DNA from: Promethearchaeota archaeon
Lineage (GTDB): Archaea > Asgardarchaeota > Lokiarchaeia > Sigyniarchaeales > SOKP01
Reading direction: 5' to 3'
Assembly: GCA_016839765.1 (NCBI GenBank)
Contig: JAEOTP010000088.1
Location: 1 to 45,807 of the forward strand
Length of the DNA: 45,807 nucleotides
Positions 20,326 through 27,927 of the stretch are shown here, piece by piece. Position 1 is the stretch's first letter. Every line of letters begins with the position of its first letter. Below the pieces are notes generated by a model. It searched no databases, was not told where the DNA came from, and saw nothing but the letters and a program-made list of their open reading frames with translations. Both the position numbers and the translations under genes were made by a program.

Positions 20326-20443
20326 ATCCGATTTGGTTCGAATAAGTTATGAAAAATGATTGAATTTTATTCGATTAAGTTAGCCACACTTTACCAAATC
20401 AATCTTCTTTTATTTAGAAATCAAAAAAAAGAGCTAAATATTT

Positions 20444-20920
20444 TTAAATAGATTTTAGCCCTATTGGTGGTCCTACTTGTTTAAATTTATAAATAAGTTG
20501 ACCTTCTGTGGTAAACATATCCCAACCTTGATCTTTTTCAAAACCATGCGCAGATAAAAAATTTTCTGAAAATTTGTTCCTTGCGGATTGTACCATTTGA
20601 TTAATAACTTCTTTTTTTATTTGATTATTTTCAACTAATTCCAATTTGCCTTGCATTGAAATAAAATAATAACTATTAAGATCTGGTTCAAATTTTTCTA
20701 TTGAAATGCATACATTAGGATTATTTGAAAGGATATCCTTCTTTTTGCCATAATCAGTAAAATGAAAATATAAAGTATCATCAATGAAAACATATTGGAA
20801 CGGTGAGATATATGGATATTCATCATCTATGAATGCAATTCTACATAAATTTTGAGAATTGATTGCTTCTTTTATTTCTTTTTCATTCATTTTTGGTAAT
20901 TTAATAATTCTAATACACAT
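20444..20920 (-). CDS. Pyridoxamine 5'-phosphate oxidase-like FMN-binding protein (NimA/Pyridox_ox_2)
   Basis: CRIAF...YPYISP..Y...LYFH...GKK.DILS.NPNVC; start moved to ATG 20920 to avoid overlap with uvsE. Confidence 0.8.
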   Translation of the reverse strand: MCIRIIKLPKMNEKEIKEAINSQNLCRIAFIDDEYPYISPFQYVFIDDTLYFHFTDYGKKKDILSNNPNVCISIEKFEPDLNSYYFISMQGKLELVENNQIKKEVINQMVQSARNKFSENFLSAHGFEKDQGWDMFTTEGQLIYKFKQVGPPIGLKSI

Positions 20921-20933
20921 CACTAACTTAATT

Positions 20934-21830
20934 TTAATTGGATAAAAAACGTGGATCATATTCAAGAAGTTTTATTGCCTTTAAAGCACTCCGTTCTTTA
21001 TCTTTTATTTCTAACATAAGGTCAAAATTATAATTTTTCGTCTTATTAATAAAGGTTTTAAAATGTTCGAGTTGAATATTATCAGCATGACTCGGTTGTC
21101 TTTTTATTTGATGTTGAGAGCTATAGTGTACGATAGGCAAGCCATCTCGTTTATTCCACGTTTGTGTGAATTTGCTAAATACCTCTTCAAAAATTTCACC
21201 TGTATTTAAACATTCATGATGATAAACATCAAAAACAATAGGAATAAAAATTTCTTCATAAATTTCCAGACAATCTGCTAAATTAAAACTTTTATCATCA
21301 TTTTCAATAACATATCGTTTTTTAATTTTAGCTGAAAGCTTATTATATCTTTTGCTGAATCTTTTTTTACTTCCCTTTTTATCACCATAAACACCTCCAA
21401 TATGGGTCATAATTTTAGCTGTGCAATCCAAATTCATTAAATCTAAAACATCAGCATGATATTCCAACTCCTTTATACTTGTATTAACAACTTTATCGTT
21501 TTTAGAATTTAACACCGTATATTGACCAGGGTGCATAGAGATTCTCATATTCTGCTTTTTTATAAAGTTCCCTATTTCATTAAACTTTTCTTTGAAATAA
21601 TCTTGCCATTCAAATTTCATAATAGGATGAGAACCAAATGGTATTAAATCAGATGTAATTCTAAAGAAAAAGATTTTGTTATTTTTATTATATTCAAGAA
21701 TTTCTTGTAAACAATCTAAATTTCCATCTATACTTTCAATTAATCTTTCTTCGGAATAATTTTTCAAACGAAAAGTTCTACTACTTTTACAAGTTAATGC
21801 AAGATTTATGCAAGGATAACCGATCTTCAT
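20934..21830 (-). CDS. uvsE: UV DNA damage repair endonuclease UvsE
   Basis: KIGYPCIN, FRITSDLIPFGSHP, RISMHPGQYTVLNS, IENDD, VFDVYHH, VHYS, MLEIKDKE. Confidence 0.95.
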   Translation of the reverse strand: MKIGYPCINLALTCKSSRTFRLKNYSEERLIESIDGNLDCLQEILEYNKNNKIFFFRITSDLIPFGSHPIMKFEWQDYFKEKFNEIGNFIKKQNMRISMHPGQYTVLNSKNDKVVNTSIKELEYHADVLDLMNLDCTAKIMTHIGGVYGDKKGSKKRFSKRYNKLSAKIKKRYVIENDDKSFNLADCLEIYEEIFIPIVFDVYHHECLNTGEIFEEVFSKFTQTWNKRDGLPIVHYSSQHQIKRQPSHADNIQLEHFKTFINKTKNYNFDLMLEIKDKERSALKAIKLLEYDPRFLSN

Positions 21831-21882
21831 TTTACTTCAATCTATAAATTAATTAATCAAAAATAGAAATACTTTAATTCAT

Positions 21883-22725
21883 TCACACTTGTTTATCTTT
21901 TCGTCTGGTATAGAGTTCTTTGTATTTTTTGCGTAGTTCCTCGATATCATGCTCTTGTTCAGCTATTATTTCTTCTAAACCATCTTCAAAGAACACATCT
22001 CTTTTGTACTTTTTTGCTGGTGCACCGAGATAAACCCATCCTTCTTCTAATTCTTGGCCAACAGTTGTAAGAGAACTTGCAGCAAGAACAGAATCCTTCT
22101 TCATATGAGTTCCCGGCATAACAACTGAATGAGCACCTATTCTAACATTATCTTCGATTATTGTTTTTCTAATTATAAATAGATTTCCAATAATAACTGC
22201 AGATTGAATAACACTCGCTTGACCAACTACAACATTCTTTCCAAATTCAATGAATTCTGTGTCAACCCAGCCTTCAAATAGCGAGTTTGAAAATTGTGTT
22301 TTAACCCCAAACAATTTAAAGCATATATTATCTAAGAAAGGTAATGGAAATTTGTGTGCTATCCATGCTGGCCACTTTTTTATTGTATTTCTAATACTCC
22401 AATATCTATAATCTTTATTCGAGGGGGTCCTAAGAAAGACTCCTTCTCTGGGTTTATGAAAGAGATTAACAATAATAAGTAGGATTTTGGTAAAAAAAAG
22501 GGATACAAATAATAATGAAATATATATTACAAATATGAGAAGAGGAAGAAAAATTATGAAATGAATAAACTTATTGTAATATAATAAGTTCCAATACCAC
22601 CAAAATTCAAATTGGATAACAAAAATGCTAATCCAAATTTGGAATAGATAAAAAATTAAATATTTTTTTTTCACTAAAACATTTGATGTAAAAGGACCAG
22701 CTTTAAGATATGCGGGTACAGACAT
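21883..22725 (-). CDS. 2-TM + left-handed beta-helix protein, unit type C
   Basis: Paralog of 12407..13348 (MSVP...GPF, AHKFPxPFLDN, FSNSLFEGWxDTEF); start overlaps the upstream stop. Confidence 0.8.
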   Translation of the reverse strand: MSVPAYLKAGPFTSNVLVKKKYLIFYLFQIWISIFVIQFEFWWYWNLLYYNKFIHFIIFLPLLIFVIYISLLFVSLFFTKILLIIVNLFHKPREGVFLRTPSNKDYRYWSIRNTIKKWPAWIAHKFPLPFLDNICFKLFGVKTQFSNSLFEGWVDTEFIEFGKNVVVGQASVIQSAVIIGNLFIIRKTIIEDNVRIGAHSVVMPGTHMKKDSVLAASSLTTVGQELEEGWVYLGAPAKKYKRDVFFEDGLEEIIAEQEHDIEELRKKYKELYTRRKDKQV

Positions 22726-23630
22726 TATAATTCTCCCTCCTTATTGTTATTTACTAGTTGTTTCTTATCTTCATCAATATTTACATCTTGTTGAATTTCA
22801 TAGGTTATTTCTTCTTCAACATCTTTGATAAATATTTTATCTCGTCTTTGTTCCGCAAATTTATTTGGCTTATATTTCATGGCAGGGAGGCCGACATATA
22901 TCCAGCCAGGTTCAATAAATTGGTTAAAATTTGTATTAGTAAACGCACCTGTTACCGAATCAACTCCCATGAACGTACCAGGTGCTATATTAGATACCCC
23001 TCCTGCAACTGTATAATCCCCAAATATGACCCTCTTTATGATTAAGTACTTTCCAATAACCATTGAACTCATAACTACGCATCCTTGACCAATTGTAACA
23101 TTTCTTCCAAAATCAATGAAATCAGTATCTACCCATGCATCTTGCAGGTGGCTTGAGAAATCTATTTTAACTCCAAACCATCTAAATCCCCACATTACAA
23201 TCCAAGGTAGTGGCCCATTATTCATAAGCCATAATGCCAACTTCTTTAATTGAACTCGTAGTCTCCAAAACTCAAAATCTTTATCTCCTTTTTCCGCCCT
23301 AAAGACACCTTCCCGAGGTTTATATACCATATTAACGATTAATAGAAATGCCTTGCTAAAAATAGCAATTCCAAAGATAAATATAAAGTATAAAATAAAT
23401 AACCAAAACGGTAGGAGAAACATGGTTATAATCCAATTATCAATAAGAGTAGCGACATCAAAAAAAACAGCAACTGCCATGTATCCACTTACCCATAGAA
23501 TTGGAATATATATTGCCAGAAATTTGATACTTATTTTACTAATCGCACTACTTGTTACAAAATCTATTGTGTAATCTACCCTTGTTTTATTGGATTTATT
23601 ATTGTTGTTTGTGGAATCATCACTATCCAT
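22725..23630 (-). CDS. 2-TM + left-handed beta-helix protein, unit type B
   Basis: DFVTSSAISKISIKFL, DFSSHLQDAWVD, VNIDEDKK match the C-halves of both fused proteins. Confidence 0.8.
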   Translation of the reverse strand: MDSDDSTNNNNKSNKTRVDYTIDFVTSSAISKISIKFLAIYIPILWVSGYMAVAVFFDVATLIDNWIITMFLLPFWLFILYFIFIFGIAIFSKAFLLIVNMVYKPREGVFRAEKGDKDFEFWRLRVQLKKLALWLMNNGPLPWIVMWGFRWFGVKIDFSSHLQDAWVDTDFIDFGRNVTIGQGCVVMSSMVIGKYLIIKRVIFGDYTVAGGVSNIAPGTFMGVDSVTGAFTNTNFNQFIEPGWIYVGLPAMKYKPNKFAEQRRDKIFIKDVEEEITYEIQQDVNIDEDKKQLVNNNKEGEL

Positions 23631-24528
23631 TTATCTTACCTCCACCTTTTTTTGGATCTTTCTTTTCTTTTTCCCTTTTAAGCTGTTCTGCTTTCTCAAA
23701 ATCTTCCTCAGATATTTTTAAGTAATCCATTAATCTTTTTTTAAAGATTCTACGTAATGGAGCTCCAAAATAATAATTATCTCCTTTTAAAAGATTATGT
23801 TTGGTTGCACCCGTCATAGGCAATAGCCAAGAATGATCTTTTAGTTCTGAACCAGGTCCAACACAATTAAAAGCAGCAGCTGTTACATTATCTCCAATTT
23901 TAACTCTAAAATAAGAAATATTACCGAATATACCTTCCACAGCATGAGAACTAATTGCTCCATTAACGCCAAAATAACAATTTTTTCCAATGGTTACAAA
24001 TCTATCAGCACCCACATTTTCTTCTAGAGTTGTGCCTTTTCCTATTTTATTAGCTCCAATGAAATTATAAAGCCAATTTATTAACCATGGAAACGGACCT
24101 CTTATAACAGCATTTTTTGGATATTTAATTACAAAACTACGTATGTGGTAGTAATTTAAAGTCTTACTTGGAATATTTCGAGGTAATATTCCGCTTTTTG
24201 AAGGAGATATCTTTTCAGTGGTCCTCCAAATCCCCCTCGTAATAAGTCCTACAAAGAAAATATGGATCAAATAGCATAAGACTATTACCAAGGGCATGAA
24301 AATTGAAGCTAAGAGTGGTTCTAATTGCGTGAAAAGTAATAGAAAACTGCTGGTATCTAAAAAATATGGTAAATAAAAAAGCATGACATAAACCATAAAT
24401 ATAATCGCGGGGATTAGAAAAGACCCGAAATAGATAATGAAAAATAAAAATAAATACCAATGAAACTGTAAATTAATTTCTTCCTTTATGATTTCGTTAC
24501 TGGTACTACTTTGAGGCGAATTTTCCAT
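23623..24528 (-). CDS. 2-TM + left-handed beta-helix protein, unit type A
   Basis: SPSKSGILPRNI, YYHIRSF, SSHAVEGIFGNISYF, YYFGAPLRRIF match the N-halves of both fused proteins. Confidence 0.8.
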   Translation of the reverse strand: MENSPQSSTSNEIIKEEINLQFHWYLFLFFIIYFGSFLIPAIIFMVYVMLFYLPYFLDTSSFLLLFTQLEPLLASIFMPLVIVLCYLIHIFFVGLITRGIWRTTEKISPSKSGILPRNIPSKTLNYYHIRSFVIKYPKNAVIRGPFPWLINWLYNFIGANKIGKGTTLEENVGADRFVTIGKNCYFGVNGAISSHAVEGIFGNISYFRVKIGDNVTAAAFNCVGPGSELKDHSWLLPMTGATKHNLLKGDNYYFGAPLRRIFKKRLMDYLKISEEDFEKAEQLKREKEKKDPKKGGGKING

Positions 24529-24712
24529 CTCCTACTTCATCAATGCTTTTTTAGTTAATATGTAATAAGTAGAATTAATTTTGTTATTTTTACTGGTTTT
24601 TTAATTATAATGGTTATTAAATTTAAAGATTTTCAAACTCTTGATTTTAGGAATAATATAAATATAAAAAATAAAAGTTTAAAGATTATAAGTTATTAAT
24701 TTTTAAAATTCA

Positions 24713-25546
24713 TTATGTTTTCTTTTCTTTTTTAGAAAACCAAGGGATAAATGAGCTAGTTTTTCTTTTGTATGCAGCATACTCTTCATTCCCTTCAAAT
24801 CTTTTATCTAGAAGTTTTACACCAGATACCTTAATTATTTGAAATGTAATATAAGCTGGTCCTATAAATGTTAAAAAGCCAAATGGAACTGCTAAAGCGA
24901 TTATAAAAAGACCCCACCATTGAGTTACTTCTCCAAAATAGTTTGGATGCATAGAGTATTTCCATACACTCTTCGTCATAATTTTTCCTTGATTTGCTGG
25001 TTCTTGTAGGAACTTATAAAGAGAAAAGTCTGCTATAGTTTCAAAGAGAAATCCTATTAGCCATATAATAGCTCCCAACCATAAAGTTATTCCTCCAAAG
25101 TCTAATAGACTAACTACAGGAGGATTTTCACTTATATTTGTAAACCAAACTGGAATATCAACTAAAAAAACGATAATTCCTTGAAATAAATATACTTTAA
25201 AGAAACTTTTCAAAGCTACATTTGTTTTCCATCTTTCTCGCATTGCTTTATAACGATAATCTTCAGGTTTTCCTCTATTCCTAATATATACATAGCTTGC
25301 TAATCTTATTGCCCAAACTAAAACTAGGCTGGTTACTATAACTTGACGAATGCAAAAAGTTGATGTTAGTATTATATTTACGATTAAACTAGTTGTAGAC
25401 ACCACAAAATAAGCAGGACCATAAAAAATGTCCATAATTGCATTATTCTTCTTTGCGGTTCCAACAATGAAAGCAATAAATATGTAAATAAACAGGGCTA
25501 GAGCTGAATATCCAATTAATATTAACATAGTTTCAATACTTGTCAT
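24713..25546 (-). CDS. DUF1295 / steroid 5-alpha-reductase-like membrane protein
   Basis: EDYRY, FETIAD, WKYSMHPNYFGE...WWG, YAAYKRKTSSFIPW. Confidence 0.9.
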   Translation of the reverse strand: MTSIETMLILIGYSALALFIYIFIAFIVGTAKKNNAIMDIFYGPAYFVVSTTSLIVNIILTSTFCIRQVIVTSLVLVWAIRLASYVYIRNRGKPEDYRYKAMRERWKTNVALKSFFKVYLFQGIIVFLVDIPVWFTNISENPPVVSLLDFGGITLWLGAIIWLIGFLFETIADFSLYKFLQEPANQGKIMTKSVWKYSMHPNYFGEVTQWWGLFIIALAVPFGFLTFIGPAYITFQIIKVSGVKLLDKRFEGNEEYAAYKRKTSSFIPWFSKKEKKT

Positions 25547-25646
25547 AATAACACACGATTAAACTGTAAAATTATATCAAATAGTCAGAAAATACGAGAA
25601 TATTTATAGTTTTTATTTATTAATTAAAGATTTTTATATTTAGGCT

Positions 25647-27473
25647 CTAAAGCTTTTCCTTTTTATCTTCTTCAATATTCACTTCATGTTGAATATCAAA
25701 TTTTATTTCTTTATCGACATCTTTTTTTACAATGATATCCCGCCTTGATTCAGCATACTTATTTGGCTTTAATTTGATTGCTGGAATTCCGATATAAATA
25801 AAGCCAGGTTCTAATATTTGGTTATAAGTTGTAGTTGAGATGGCTCCTATCATAGTATCTCTCCCCACAATAGTCCCTGGAGCAATAGTTGAATGTCCTC
25901 CAATAAGAGCATAATCATCAAGAAATATTTTAGAAATTACGAGATACTTTCCTATTACCATTGAACTCATCAATGTTGCACCCTGACCTACAACAACTTT
26001 TCTTCCCAAGTATAAGAATTCTCCATCACACCATGCATCATATAGATAACTCGAAAAATCCATTTTTATTCCAAACCATTTGAAAGCAAGGACATCTGCC
26101 CATGGAATGGGGCAATTTCTCATGAGCCATAAGACTATTTTTTTTAATTCAGTGCGTAGCATCCAAAATTCATAATCAGTATCTCCTATTTCTGCCAGAA
26201 ATGTACCCTCTTTTGGTTTATGAAGTAAATTAACCAGGATTAGAAAAAGTTTACTATATAAGAAACATCCTAGGATAAAAATAAAATATAATACAAATAA
26301 TATAAATGGTAAAAAAAAAGTAAACATAATCAGATTTTTAACGAAAAACGTGTAGGTATAAAACAACACTGCTACTTGTAGCCCGCTTATCCAAAAAATG
26401 GGTAGATAAACTGCTAGAAATTTTATATTTATTCGACTTATTGCTGAGCTAGTAGTAAAATCAAGATTGTAATCTACATTTTCATATTCAATTTCATTAA
26501 TTTGTTCATTTAGTTTTAGTTGGGTTGAATCAACTTCTTTTTTTTCTTGCTTTTTTTTAATTTTTTTATTCTCCTTATTAGGTTTCTTCATAACTTCTAT
26601 GTTTTCTAAAGAAATTTTATTTTGCTCTAAGTCCTCAGGAGTTAAACCTAAATAGTTCATAACTTTTTTATCAAAGATTTTCCTTAAAGGAATACCAAAA
26701 TAATAATGGTGGTCTCCCTTTACAACACTGTGTTTAGTTGCGGACGCTAAAGGTAATAGATAGGAATTACTATGAATCATTGTACCAGGTGCAATTTGAT
26801 TACTTCCTGCAATAGTAATATTATCGCCTACTTGTATTTGAAAATATGATATATTTCCCCATACTCCGTCTATTAAATGTGTAGCTAAGGTAGAATTGAC
26901 TCCGATATAACAATTTTTTCCGACAATTGCAAACTTTTCGTTACCTACAGATTCTTCAAAAGAGGTTCCTTTTCCAATAACCATTGAACCTATATAATTG
27001 TATAACCAATTCGATAACCATGGAAATAATCCTTTAACAAACATATTTTTAGGATACTTCATAAGGAATGATCTTATATGATAAAATTTCTCCGTTTTAC
27101 TTTTAATATTTCGGGGGATTATACCATTTTTAGATGGTGATTTACTTTCAGTATATGCCCATATCACACGTGTGATTAAGGCAATGAAATATAATCTAAT
27201 AAGATAACATACAATTAAAACGAGTGGCATTGTAAGTAAAGCCATCAGGGGTTCGATTTCTGTAAAAATGGCGATAAAATTTGAAATTTCCAGGAAGTTA
27301 GGTAAAAAATATAAGAAAAAGTACAACATAAAAACTGCGATTGGCACTAAAAATGAGCCTAGATAGTTTGTTAATAATATCATAAATGACAAAATCAGGG
27401 AGTAACTCATTTCTTCCCTGAAAACTTCAGGTTTTAAACTCTTGGATGCTTTACTATTTTTTTTCGATTCCAT
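25647..27473 (-). CDS. Fused A-B protein: two tandem (2-TM + left-handed beta-helix) units
   Basis: Full-length paralog of 13355..15232 with Lys-rich linker. Confidence 0.8.
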   Translation of the reverse strand: MESKKNSKASKSLKPEVFREEMSYSLILSFMILLTNYLGSFLVPIAVFMLYFFLYFLPNFLEISNFIAIFTEIEPLMALLTMPLVLIVCYLIRLYFIALITRVIWAYTESKSPSKNGIIPRNIKSKTEKFYHIRSFLMKYPKNMFVKGLFPWLSNWLYNYIGSMVIGKGTSFEESVGNEKFAIVGKNCYIGVNSTLATHLIDGVWGNISYFQIQVGDNITIAGSNQIAPGTMIHSNSYLLPLASATKHSVVKGDHHYYFGIPLRKIFDKKVMNYLGLTPEDLEQNKISLENIEVMKKPNKENKKIKKKQEKKEVDSTQLKLNEQINEIEYENVDYNLDFTTSSAISRINIKFLAVYLPIFWISGLQVAVLFYTYTFFVKNLIMFTFFLPFILFVLYFIFILGCFLYSKLFLILVNLLHKPKEGTFLAEIGDTDYEFWMLRTELKKIVLWLMRNCPIPWADVLAFKWFGIKMDFSSYLYDAWCDGEFLYLGRKVVVGQGATLMSSMVIGKYLVISKIFLDDYALIGGHSTIAPGTIVGRDTMIGAISTTTYNQILEPGFIYIGIPAIKLKPNKYAESRRDIIVKKDVDKEIKFDIQHEVNIEEDKKEKL

Positions 27474-27927
27474 TTGGAATAAAATCCTTATATAACTTTA
27501 TTACTTAATTAAGATGCTATGTAATTTGTACTTTTACAATGTTTGAATCATTTTTCAAATTACTAAGAATCATATAATAATTATCATAAATTAAAAATCT
27601 TATTTACAATTTTTCTTTAAATATTTTGTGTAAATATAGAAATACGAGCATTTACGACAAAATTGCGACAAAATAATAAATAAAACATAAATTACAAAAC
27701 AGTTAAAAATTAAAGGTTAAAATATCATGTATATCATAGAGCTCTTAAAGCAGTTTATATCAAGCATAAGAAAATTTAATCAATCTCTTAATAAAAACTA
27801 TACAATAATTTTATATTATATTAAATCATTAAGTTCTAGTTAGGTTAAGGCAGAATAAACTAAATTATTGTAATAAAAGCCGATAAAATTTAAATAATAA
27901 TTGTTTTCATAATATTGGAGGAATAGA

